Shown one piece after another: positions 49,136-58,047 of a stretch of 64,000 bases of DNA (positions within the stretch are counted from its first letter, which is position 1; each line of letters opens with the position of its first letter). The notes beneath the pieces were generated by a model. That model saw only the letters and a program-made list of their open reading frames with translations, ran no database searches and was not told the DNA's origin. This DNA comes from an uncultured Thermoplasmata archaeon. GTDB lineage: Archaea > Thermoplasmatota > Thermoplasmata > RBG-16-68-12. A program made the translations under genes and the position numbers. The DNA lies in the NCBI GenBank assembly GCA_963768855.1, contig CAVYJM010000018.1, positions 32,001-96,000 of the forward strand, given 5' to 3'.

Positions 49136-49780
49136 TCAGCGTTCCTCGGCCGGCTTGCTCGGACCCGTGGGCGACTTCGCGGGCTGTTCCGCGGTCGACG
49201 GCCACGCGACCGTGTGCAGGTATAGGATCCCCATGCCGAAGAGGGGCACGAAGATCAGGGAGCTCAGCAGGTGGTAGAGGGTGAAGATGGGCTGCGCCTC
49301 GAGGACCTGCAGGAACGTGAGTCCCATGGGCTTCGCGATGAAGTAGTACTCGCCGACATCCGTCCAGAGGTCGTACGCGATCGTGATCGGGATGCTGATC
49401 GTCGTGACGAGGGCGATCGACCTCACCCGGTACAGGACGTGCGGCTTGAGCCGGCGACCGATGAGCCCTACGAAGAGGAATCCCGTGAACATGAAGAAGG
49501 ACATGCCCAGGATGATGTTCGTCGCGTAGATCGAGTACGGACCGCTCCACAGCAGGGGCTCCACGATCGCCATCGTGACCATGGGGACGATCACGGTCCA
49601 CCATCGCCCGAGAACGGAACCCGCGATGATGCTCACCGCGAAGACGGTCTCGAAGTTCGCCGCGTATCGGAGGAACACGACCTTCCCGAGGACCCCCATC
49701 ACGATGAGCAGGACCCCGAACGTCCGCGTCTTGCGATCGCCGAGACCCCGTTCGATCGCAGCGTGCCAGCGGGCGTTCAT
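49136..49780 (-). CDS. ECF S-component-like membrane protein (DUF6580-like)
   Basis: About six TM helices, ANFETVFAVSIIAG, FTLYHLLS. Confidence 0.65.
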   Translation of the reverse strand: MNARWHAAIERGLGDRKTRTFGVLLIVMGVLGKVVFLRYAANFETVFAVSIIAGSVLGRWWTVIVPMVTMAIVEPLLWSGPYSIYATNIILGMSFFMFTGFLFVGLIGRRLKPHVLYRVRSIALVTTISIPITIAYDLWTDVGEYYFIAKPMGLTFLQVLEAQPIFTLYHLLSSLIFVPLFGMGILYLHTVAWPSTAEQPAKSPTGPSKPAEER

Positions 49781-49781
49781 C

Positions 49782-50222
49782 CTACGCGCCCCCCTGGTCC
49801 GTCGTGCAGCGCCACGCGACGTGGTCCCCGTCGGAAAGCGGGACGAGGTTCGCCGCGACGTTCCCGTAGGTCGTGCCGACCCAGTACTGCCACCCCGCGC
49901 CCGCGGACGGGTTCGCCGTACCGTTGATCGAGAGGACGAACACCCCCGGGGGGGTCGTGTAGTTCTGCCACATCACACGAAACCCGAGGCGCTGGGATGC
50001 TTCGAGCAGCAGGAGGAAGGGCGTGTTGCTCGTCGTCGTCACAGGACCGTACTCGGTCGTCCAGGTGCCGCCGTCAATCAGGAGGCTCACATCCCGGACC
50101 GTGCCCGGCGGGACCGGCGGCGGCTGGGTCGCCTGCACCCAGCCGTACAGGCCTGCGATCCCGACCACCAAGATCACGAGGAAGAGGACCGCCTGGGTGC
50201 GCTCCGAGAGCCTACGGGCCAC
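49782..50222 (-). CDS. DUF4430 (transcobalamin C-terminal-like) membrane-anchored protein
   Basis: N-term TM; FVLSINGT...WQYWVG...LSDGDHVAW. Confidence 0.7.
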   Translation of the reverse strand: MARRLSERTQAVLFLVILVVGIAGLYGWVQATQPPPVPPGTVRDVSLLIDGGTWTTEYGPVTTTSNTPFLLLLEASQRLGFRVMWQNYTTPPGVFVLSINGTANPSAGAGWQYWVGTTYGNVAANLVPLSDGDHVAWRCTTDQGGA

Positions 50223-51921
50223 GGCGTCGCCTCCGGTCGAACCAGACGATCACGACGAGGACGCCCCCGACCGCGCCGACGGACACCAGGGTGATCGGGA
50301 GCCACGGCACGGGGGCGGGAGGATTCGAATCCACGGGCATCGTTTCGAAGCAGTACACGTGCCCGTTATCGCTGAGGGCGAACACGGCCCCGTCCGCCAC
50401 GACCGGCGAGCCGAGGATGTACTGCAACGGGGAGGGCATGTAGGACCAGCGTTCCCCGCCCGAGCTCGCGTTCAGCGCATAGATTGTGCCATTGGCCACA
50501 TTCGTGGCGAAGAAGACCTTCCCGTCTGCGGCGGTCACGGAGGACTGGACCGGCCCGTTCGGCGTGAACGTCCAGAGGACCGCACCGGTCCCGACGTCGA
50601 GTGCGGAGACGCGTCCACCCGTGCCGAACGAGCCGCCGGCGACCACGACGGTCGACCCGACGAGCGCGGGGGAGGAGACGCCCGCGGCGACGTCCGCCTG
50701 CCACGTGACACCGCCCGTCGTCGCGTTCAGCGCATACACGATCCCGTCCTTCGCGGGCACGATCACCTCGGGGCCGTGGACCAGCGGGGAGGCCGCCACG
50801 GACGCGGGCGTCGCGTGGAACCAGGCCTGCGCCCCGGTGGCGGCATCCAGGGCGAGGACCCCGTAGGGCGGATCGTACGTGACCTGGGTCGTCGTGTTGT
50901 ACAGCCCGATGACGCCGACGTAGAGCGTCCCGTCGACGATCGCGGGGGAGGAGAAGCTGATCGAGGCCGGAGCGGCGTGCCGCCACCGGATCGTCCCGTT
51001 CGTCGCCCAGAGGGCGACGACCTCCCCGGTCCCGCCCGTCTCGTTGAACGTCCCGACGTAGGCCGTGTCGAACAGCAGCTTCGGGGACGAGGTCACGCCG
51101 CTGAACCGGGGTGCGGTGAGCAGGGTGACGTTCCATCGCTCCGTCCCGCGCCCAGCGTCGATCGCGTGAACGCGGCCATCGGATCCGCCGACAAGGAGGG
51201 TGCCATTGAACACGGCGGGGGTCGAGAGGCCATGAATCTCCGGGTTGGACCAGACGACCGTGCCGTTCGACTCGTCGAGGGCGAAGAAGCCGTCCAGGGT
51301 CAGGACGTACACCCGCCCGTACGCGACCGCGGGGCTCGAGGCGATCTCTTGGAGATGGAGGTCCTGATCCCACCGGACTCGGATGGAGCCGGGCGCGGCG
51401 CTCGCCGAGGCCCCCGTGTTCGCGATATCGGCGCGGAACTCCTGGGCCGGATATGGGTTCAGCGGCGTGGGAACGGGGTAGAGGGTCGCAAACGTCACAG
51501 GATCGAACCCGTTATCGGAGAGGGCGACCGCGTCGCCGTCGCGGAGGACAAGGCTCGAGATGCCGACGGCGGCCGAATCCCACCGGGAGCTCGTCTCGTT
51601 CCACACGTACAGGCCGACCGCTCCGGAGGGAGGCGACCGGTTCCCCATGTCGGAGATGAAGATCCCGCAGCACGTGTACCACGAGGACTGAAGCGTCAGG
51701 CCGGCGCGGGCCGCGCCCGCGAGGGCCGCCTCCCACGTCGCGTTGGGGGCCGCCGGATCGGCCATCGTCTCGTTTGCCCAGGCGAACGTCCCGTCGCCCA
51801 GATCGAAGAGGAACCGGACTGTGATCGGGGTGCCCGAGGCCGCGAGGAGCGCGGTCCCGGCGGTGGACGACGCCAGGAGAAGGACCGTGAGGGCCGCCGC
51901 CAGGACTCCGAGCAAACGCAC
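50212..51921 (-). CDS. Surface protein: DUF4430-like N-domain, PQQ-type beta-propeller, C-terminal TM
   Basis: Signal peptide; repeated SSP...G.V+A+D..TG...W; C-term anchor followed by RRRR. Confidence 0.8.
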   Translation of the reverse strand: MRLLGVLAAALTVLLLASSTAGTALLAASGTPITVRFLFDLGDGTFAWANETMADPAAPNATWEAALAGAARAGLTLQSSWYTCCGIFISDMGNRSPPSGAVGLYVWNETSSRWDSAAVGISSLVLRDGDAVALSDNGFDPVTFATLYPVPTPLNPYPAQEFRADIANTGASASAAPGSIRVRWDQDLHLQEIASSPAVAYGRVYVLTLDGFFALDESNGTVVWSNPEIHGLSTPAVFNGTLLVGGSDGRVHAIDAGRGTERWNVTLLTAPRFSGVTSSPKLLFDTAYVGTFNETGGTGEVVALWATNGTIRWRHAAPASISFSSPAIVDGTLYVGVIGLYNTTTQVTYDPPYGVLALDAATGAQAWFHATPASVAASPLVHGPEVIVPAKDGIVYALNATTGGVTWQADVAAGVSSPALVGSTVVVAGGSFGTGGRVSALDVGTGAVLWTFTPNGPVQSSVTAADGKVFFATNVANGTIYALNASSGGERWSYMPSPLQYILGSPVVADGAVFALSDNGHVYCFETMPVDSNPPAPVPWLPITLVSVGAVGGVLVVIVWFDRRRRRGP

Positions 51922-51970
51922 TTGATTCGCCTCGTCAACTGCACTTGATGTGATTACGATGGACTTGACT

Positions 51971-51978
51971 ACTTAAGT
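51971..51978. promoter_or_regulatory. Palindromic TATA (ACTTAAGT) probably shared by divergent promoters
   Basis: Lies between two divergently oriented genes, each with an SD-like site. Confidence 0.5.
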
Positions 51979-52021
51979 ACGTTGGTGCGCATCACCCTCC
52001 CAGACCGGAGCTGAGGTGTCC

Positions 52022-52813
52022 ATGAACGTCCTCCGCGACTTGCGCGAGAGCACGCAGATGCTCTTCCTGCATGAAGTGAGTGCGAACCGCCACACGCGAC
52101 TGCGGACGATCGCCGAGCGGCTCGGCATGACCGTGCAGGGGGCCTCCGACTATGCCCATCGGCTCGAAGCGGATGGCCTCCTCGTCGTCACGGGCGGCGA
52201 GTACCGGCCGACGAAACGGGGAATCGAATTCCTCCAGAACCGCGTCCGGGAGCTTCGATCGTTCGTGGAGCGGGCGGGTCGGAACATCGCCTTCGTCGAG
52301 ACGACGGCCGCGCTCGCGGGCGCGAGCCTGCACCGGGGCGACCGCGTCGGGCTGTTCATGGAGGGAGGATACCTCGTTGCCTATCCCAACCGGCCGTCGT
52401 CGTCGACGGGCACCGCTGCGGAGGAGGCTACCAAGGGGGACGGCGTGGCGGTGCGCACCCTGGAAGGCATCGTGACTCTGCATCCCGGTCGGGTCACGAT
52501 GGTCCGGGTCGGTCCGACGCCGTCCGGACTGGGGAAGGCGCCCCCCGCGGCGGTCCGTCGCGTGCGGCAACGGGCCCGCGGCGCCCTCGTCGCGACGATG
52601 GACGTCCCCGGGCTCACGGCAGCGCGAGCCCTCGGACTCCGGGCCCGGATCGAGTTCGGCGTGCTGCCCGCGGTCGTCGAGGCAGCGGAACGCGGGATGC
52701 GGGTCGTCCTCCTCCTCCCGGAGGACCGGGCTGCGGAGGCGGCCCAGGCGATTGAGGCCGCGAACAGCCGGCTCGAGGAGAAGATCCCGTACGAGAGCCT
52801 GGCGCTCGGCTGA
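52022..52813 (+). CDS. Archaeal winged-helix transcriptional regulator with C-terminal ligand-binding-like domain
   Basis: IAERLGMTVQGASDYAHRL HTH, YRPTKRG wing. Confidence 0.75.
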   Translation: MNVLRDLRESTQMLFLHEVSANRHTRLRTIAERLGMTVQGASDYAHRLEADGLLVVTGGEYRPTKRGIEFLQNRVRELRSFVERAGRNIAFVETTAALAGASLHRGDRVGLFMEGGYLVAYPNRPSSSTGTAAEEATKGDGVAVRTLEGIVTLHPGRVTMVRVGPTPSGLGKAPPAAVRRVRQRARGALVATMDVPGLTAARALGLRARIEFGVLPAVVEAAERGMRVVLLLPEDRAAEAAQAIEAANSRLEEKIPYESLALG

Positions 52814-53755
52814 TCATTCTCGGATGGATACCCTATCGATCCGGCCGTCCCCGTCGCGGTCCTCGCCCGAGACGACGCGGTAGAACTCCCGTCCGGGCTC
52901 ATAGCCTTCGAGGACATCGTCCGCGAACTGGGTGAGCCCGAGGATGCTCGAGAGGGTTCCCTGATAGTGCAGCCCGCTGAGGACGACGACCGTCTTCGAC
53001 TTGTTCCACGGGTTCGGCACCTTCGCGATGAGGCCGACGTCCTCCTCCGCGTACGTGTGATGCGTCCGGGAGGACTCGACGTGCCAGACCTGCTTCCAGT
53101 CGAAGTTCACCGCGAGATGCGGGTTGAGGTCCATCATGATGATGTTCGCGACGGGCCCGCCGACGAGGATCAGGTTCTCCCGCCCTGCACCCGCGGCCTT
53201 CACCTCGGTGTCCAGGCGCGTGACGAGACCCTTGGGCGCCGTGAACAGGTGGCCGAGGAAGAAGCCGAGCTGGACCGCATAGGGGGAGTCCCTCGCCGTC
53301 GTGATGAAGGGTCCGTGCGGGTAGGGCGAGCCCACCACGATGCTGCCGTCGAAGGTCCCGCCGCGGGAGAACTCCCCTAGGAACTCCGAGACGATTCCGG
53401 ACCGGGGGAGCGCCGGGAAAGGGACCGGCGCGGCCCGTGACTTCAGGAGGACCACGAAGGCGTCCGCGGTCGGCGCCAGGACGCGTGCCGAAGCGCCGCG
53501 CTTCGCCTCCTCCCGGACGACCTTGAGGAATCCCGCGGCTTCGAGGCGTCGAACGTGGTAGTAGACCTTCTGCTCGTGGACTTTCAGGCGATCCGCGAGG
53601 GCGTTCGGATAGTCCGGCGTTTTCGCGAGCTCCTGCAGGATTCGCCAGGCCAGGGGCGACGAGACGGCGCCGATCCGCGAAGGCTTGTCGATCATCTCGG
53701 CCTCTCGGGCCACGGGACCTTCCGGGGTCTCCTCGACGAGCCATCGACGGACCAT
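52814..53755 (-). CDS. ArsR-like HTH protein with C-terminal GGPxAN alpha/beta domain
   Basis: LADRLKVHEQKVYYHVRRLEAAG; LILVGGPVAN; TTATAA box 29 nt upstream. Confidence 0.75.
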   Translation of the reverse strand: MVRRWLVEETPEGPVAREAEMIDKPSRIGAVSSPLAWRILQELAKTPDYPNALADRLKVHEQKVYYHVRRLEAAGFLKVVREEAKRGASARVLAPTADAFVVLLKSRAAPVPFPALPRSGIVSEFLGEFSRGGTFDGSIVVGSPYPHGPFITTARDSPYAVQLGFFLGHLFTAPKGLVTRLDTEVKAAGAGRENLILVGGPVANIIMMDLNPHLAVNFDWKQVWHVESSRTHHTYAEEDVGLIAKVPNPWNKSKTVVVLSGLHYQGTLSSILGLTQFADDVLEGYEPGREFYRVVSGEDRDGDGRIDRVSIRE

Positions 53756-53853
53756 GGACTCCCTGAGGCGCTTGACCATTATAACACTTTTCGTAACGGT
53801 CTGGATAATGTTGTAACATATTCTTTAATATAGGAGCGCCCTTCTCTCGGGAC

Positions 53854-53991
53854 ATGCGGACCGCGAGACCCTCCCCGTCTGCGTACGGGGGCGGGCTGTT
53901 ATCGGAAGGGATATGGGCCTCAGAAGGGATATACGGGTCCTGTCGCGGATGGGCCGCCGGCCCGACCGCCACCCAGGTGAGATCCGAATGA
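53854..53991 (+). CDS. Candidate 45-aa leaderless uORF coupled to glmU by ATGA overlap
   Basis: ATG 29 nt after TTAATA (53825); stop overlaps glmU start. Confidence 0.4.
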   Translation: MRTARPSPSAYGGGLLSEGIWASEGIYGSCRGWAAGPTATQVRSE

Positions 53992-55178
53992 AGGCCGTCA
54001 TCCTCGCCGCAGGGGAGGGAGCCCGGATGGGTCCCTTCACCGCCAGCGTGCCCAAGGTCATGATCCCCGTCGGCAACCGACCCATCATCGAGTACGTCGT
54101 CCGCGCGCTCGTCGAGAGTGGGGTCCGGGACATCCTGATGGTGATCGGCTACCGCCGGGAGCGGATCCAGTCCTACTTCGGGGACGGCAAGGCGTTCGAC
54201 GCGCGGATCACGTACATCCAGGAACCGAAGCAGCTCGGGACCGCGCACACGGTGCGCCAGGCGAAACCCAACCTGGACGGCCGCTTCCTCGTGCTCAACG
54301 GCTCGAGCCTCATCGACAAGCAGTTCGTGGGCGACCTCCTCGGCCACGCGGACGGCCCCGCGGTCGCGATCAAGGAGAGCGAGCGCCCTCAGGAGTACGG
54401 GGTCGTGACCCTCCGCGGGAAGAACGTGGTCGCGATCATGGAACGGCCCCGGGAGGTCACGTCGAACCTCATCAGCACGGGGGCCTACATCCTCGAGCCC
54501 TCCGTGTTCGACCTGATCGACCGGCAGGCCGAGGAGGGTCGGCATGACCTGCCCAGCGTCCTCTCGGAGTGGGCCAAGACGACCGCGATCACCGCAGTCG
54601 AGTCGAAGGGCACGTGGGTCGACGCCCGGTACCCGTGGGACCTCCTCCGGCTGAACGCGACGGCCCTCCTGTCGGTGCACGACATCCGCGCGGGCACGAT
54701 CGAACGGGGCGTGGTGATCCACGGTCGCGTGACGGTCGGCGAGGGCTGCACGATCCGCGCGGGCGCGTTCCTGCAGGGCCCGCTTTCCCTGGGCCCGGGC
54801 TGCGAGATTGGCGCGAACGCCGTCCTGCTGCCGTCCACGAGCCTGGGGAAGAACGTTCGCGTCGGCCCGCTCACCACGATCGCCAACTCGATCCTGATGG
54901 ATGACGTGAACCTCGGTCCCTCGAGCGTCGTCCAGGACAGCGTCCTCGGATCCGGTGTCACGTCGCGGGCCGGGCTCCTCGCCGCTTCGGGCCCCGCGGA
55001 TGTCCCGATCGAAGGGGACTACCATGCCGTGCGCCAGATCGGCGCGCTCATCGGGGAGGATTCCGAACTCGGGAACGGCGTGAGCGTGGACTGCGGGACC
55101 GTGATCAACGAGCGCGCCCGGGTCGCCTCGGGGGCGCGTCTTCGCGGGACGGTGCCCGCCGGAGCGGTGGTCCTCTAG
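53988..55178 (+). CDS. glmU: Bifunctional sugar-1-phosphate nucleotidylyltransferase/acetyltransferase (archaeal GlmU)
   Basis: KAVILAAGEG.RM.P, PKVMIPV, C-terminal hexapeptide repeats; adjacent to glmS. Confidence 0.85.
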   Translation: MKAVILAAGEGARMGPFTASVPKVMIPVGNRPIIEYVVRALVESGVRDILMVIGYRRERIQSYFGDGKAFDARITYIQEPKQLGTAHTVRQAKPNLDGRFLVLNGSSLIDKQFVGDLLGHADGPAVAIKESERPQEYGVVTLRGKNVVAIMERPREVTSNLISTGAYILEPSVFDLIDRQAEEGRHDLPSVLSEWAKTTAITAVESKGTWVDARYPWDLLRLNATALLSVHDIRAGTIERGVVIHGRVTVGEGCTIRAGAFLQGPLSLGPGCEIGANAVLLPSTSLGKNVRVGPLTTIANSILMDDVNLGPSSVVQDSVLGSGVTSRAGLLAASGPADVPIEGDYHAVRQIGALIGEDSELGNGVSVDCGTVINERARVASGARLRGTVPAGAVVL

Positions 55179-56972
55179 ATGTGCGGCATCATCGGGTATG
55201 CGGGCCAGCGGAGCGCGTTGCCGATCCTCCTGGACGGCCTGAAGCGCCTCGAGTACCGCGGCTACGACAGCGCCGGGGTCGCGATCGTCGGGAGCGGCCT
55301 GCAGATCGTGAAGGACAAGGGCTTCATCGCGAACCTCGAGGCGCAGCTGACGCCGATGACCGGGACGACGGGTCTGGCCCACACGCGGTGGGCGACGCAC
55401 GGAGCACCCTCGAAGGTCAACGCCCACCCGCACACGGACTGCCACGGGAAGCTCGCGCTGGCCCACAACGGGATCATCGAGAACTACATCGCCCTCCGGG
55501 AGAAGCTGGAGGCCGAGGGCCACGTCTTCAAGACGGAGACGGACACGGAGAGCCTCGCGCACCTCATCGAATCCTTCTACCACGGCGACCTCGAAGACGC
55601 GGTCCGCAAGGCGCTTCACGAGGTCCGCGGCTCGTATGGGATCGCGGTCGTCCATGCGGACGAACCGGGCAAGGTCGTGGGCGCGCGGAACGAGAGCCCG
55701 CTCGTGATCGGGATCGCCCCGGGTGAGACCTTCCTGGCCTCGGACGTGCCCGCCCTCCTGAGGTACACGGACAAGGTCGTCTACATGATGGACAAGGAGA
55801 TGGTCGTACTCACCCCGGGGGGTGCGCTCCTGAAGGACCTGGAGGGCCGGGCGGTCCACCGCGACGCACAGCGCATCACCTGGACCCTCGAAGACGCGGA
55901 GAAGGGTGGCTTCGAGCACTTCATGCTCAAGGAGATCCACGAAACGCCGAAGGCGATCCACGAGACCCTCCTTGGCCGCGTCGCGAACCTCGAACTCGAC
56001 GGCTTGCTCACCGAGGACGCGACGAGCGTGAAACTCGTCGCCTGCGGCACCTCATACCACGCGGCCCTCGTGGGCAAGTACATCTTCGAGGAAATCGCGC
56101 AGGTCCCTGCGAGCGCGGAGATCGCGTCGGAGTACCGCTACACGCAGGGCGCCACGGAACGGCCCCTCGTCATCCTGATCTCCCAGAGCGGGGAGACCGC
56201 GGACACGCTCGGCGCGGCGCGCGAGGCGAGGCGCCGCGGGTGCAAGACCCTGTGCATCTGCAACGTGATCGGCTCGAGCCTCTCCCGGGAGGCGGACGCG
56301 ACGCTCTACACCCGGGCCGGCGTCGAAATCGGGGTCGCGGCCACGAAGACGTTCGTCGCGCAGCTCATCGTCCTGTATCTGATCGCCCTACGGATGGGGC
56401 TTGACCGCGGGACTCTCGGATACGAGGAGGCGGAGCGGCTCAAGGACGAGCTGCGCTCACTCCCTCGTGCGGTCCTCGCGGTGCTCAACAAAGAGCCGAT
56501 GATCCAGGACCTCGCCGAGGTCTACGGCCGGGACGCGCGGGACGCGTTCTACATCGGCCGCCACGTGAACTACCCCGTCGCCATGGAAGGCGCGCTGAAG
56601 CTCAAGGAGATCTCGTACATCCATGCCGAGGCGTACGCGGCCGGCGAACTGAAGCATGGCCCCCTCGCCCTGATCACGAAGGACACGCCCGTCATCGCGA
56701 TCGCGGTCGACGACCCGACTTACGAGAAGATGCGCTCCAACATCGGCGAGGTGAACGCGCGGGGCGCGCGGATCCTCGCGATCGGGACGGAGGGGGACCG
56801 GGAGCTGCCCAAGTTCGCGGACGACCTGATCACGGTGCCGCGGATGTCGTCGATCTTCTCCCCCGTGCCCGTGAGCGTCGCCCTCATGCTGTTCGCCTAC
56901 CACGTCGCGCGCCTGCGAGACTGCCCGATCGACAAGCCCCGCAACCTGGCGAAGAGCGTCACCGTCGAGTGA
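55179..56972 (+). CDS. glmS: Glutamine--fructose-6-phosphate transaminase
   Basis: MCGI, LEYRGYDSAG, HTRWATHG, SQSGETADT, DKPRNLAKSVTVE. Confidence 0.97.
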   Translation: MCGIIGYAGQRSALPILLDGLKRLEYRGYDSAGVAIVGSGLQIVKDKGFIANLEAQLTPMTGTTGLAHTRWATHGAPSKVNAHPHTDCHGKLALAHNGIIENYIALREKLEAEGHVFKTETDTESLAHLIESFYHGDLEDAVRKALHEVRGSYGIAVVHADEPGKVVGARNESPLVIGIAPGETFLASDVPALLRYTDKVVYMMDKEMVVLTPGGALLKDLEGRAVHRDAQRITWTLEDAEKGGFEHFMLKEIHETPKAIHETLLGRVANLELDGLLTEDATSVKLVACGTSYHAALVGKYIFEEIAQVPASAEIASEYRYTQGATERPLVILISQSGETADTLGAAREARRRGCKTLCICNVIGSSLSREADATLYTRAGVEIGVAATKTFVAQLIVLYLIALRMGLDRGTLGYEEAERLKDELRSLPRAVLAVLNKEPMIQDLAEVYGRDARDAFYIGRHVNYPVAMEGALKLKEISYIHAEAYAAGELKHGPLALITKDTPVIAIAVDDPTYEKMRSNIGEVNARGARILAIGTEGDRELPKFADDLITVPRMSSIFSPVPVSVALMLFAYHVARLRDCPIDKPRNLAKSVTVE

Positions 56973-57912
56973 TCCCGTCCGAGCCGGGAAGGCGCGTGTC
57001 CGGCGGCACGGGAGCGAGTCCACCCGCACCGGGTTCCGGGAGCTCCTTCTCCCCTTGCGCGACGATGTAGGTGCCGAGGAGGATCAGCGCCCCGCCCACG
57101 AGGGTGAATGCGTCCAGGACATCCCCGAACATCGCGACGGACAGGACCGTGGCGACGATGATCTCCAGGAGGACGAGCAGGCTCGAGACGGTCGGCGAGA
57201 TCGTCCGCAGGCTCAGGGTGTACAGGAACATCGGCAGGAACGTCGGGATGAGGCCGAGGTAGGCGATCCCCGCCCACGAGAGCGCGTCCGAGGGCCAGCC
57301 ACCCGAGACGAAGAGGAGTGGCACCGCGGAGAAGACGGTCGTCGTCGCCAGGATCATCGCGACGAGGGCGAGGTAGTCGCCGCCTTGGTCCACCATCCGC
57401 TTCAGGCCCATCACGTAGAACGCCCACATCACGCCCGCGGAGAAGACGAGCAGGTCTCCGAGGAAGTCGCCGCCTGTGACGCTCGCCGGGTTCAGCTTCG
57501 TCGCGAGGAGGACCACTCCCGCGAGCCCGAGGACGATCCCCGTGGTCCGACGCAGGGTCACGGCCTCCTTGTAGACGAGCACCATCAGGATCGCGATGAA
57601 GACGATGTTCACGTTCACCAGCAGCGCGGTCTTCGACGCGGTCGTGTAGGCGAGGCCGATGTTCTGCAGGTTGAACGCGAGGGAGTTCACGAGGCCGAGG
57701 GCCCACACCCACGGGTCCCGGAGGAAGGACCAGCGGAGCCGGTGCATCGCCGCGAGGACGGCGAATCCGAGGAGCGCGCCGATCCCGAGCCGCGCCATCG
57801 TGATGAAGAGCGGGTCGACCTCGCCGACGATCAGCTTCGTCCCGGGGAAGGCCGTCCCCCAGAAGACGCTCGCGAGGACGACGAAGGCATAGTCTCGCCG
57901 GCGAGCGTCCAC
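56959..57912 (-). CDS. EamA/DMT family transporter
   Basis: Two EamA repeats, about ten TM helices; GTG start chosen. Confidence 0.88.
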   Translation of the reverse strand: MDARRRDYAFVVLASVFWGTAFPGTKLIVGEVDPLFITMARLGIGALLGFAVLAAMHRLRWSFLRDPWVWALGLVNSLAFNLQNIGLAYTTASKTALLVNVNIVFIAILMVLVYKEAVTLRRTTGIVLGLAGVVLLATKLNPASVTGGDFLGDLLVFSAGVMWAFYVMGLKRMVDQGGDYLALVAMILATTTVFSAVPLLFVSGGWPSDALSWAGIAYLGLIPTFLPMFLYTLSLRTISPTVSSLLVLLEIIVATVLSVAMFGDVLDAFTLVGGALILLGTYIVAQGEKELPEPGAGGLAPVPPDTRLPGSDGITRR

Positions 57913-58047
57913 GGCCCCGCGGACCCCGCAGGCGCTAGTTGAGCCTTTCCATGAGGGCCGCCCGTCCTCTCCGCGAGCAAAAGAATCACGGCCGATAACC
58001 GCGCTGCCACGCTTAAGGCCGCCCGCCCGTTCTCCCGGACCGAGAGG

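Noticed and set aside
51922-52021. Cobalamin riboswitch
   Set aside because: The gap is only 100 bp and has no B12-box
53830-53990. glmS ribozyme (AGCGCC and GTTATCG occur upstream of glmU-glmS)
   Set aside because: GACGAGG core is absent, the GGCG pairing segment precedes rather than follows GTTATCG, and AGCGCC lies upstream of the predicted TSS
57935-57952. uORF MERLN before the EamA gene
   Set aside because: Five codons, no informative composition, not at the leaderless spacing
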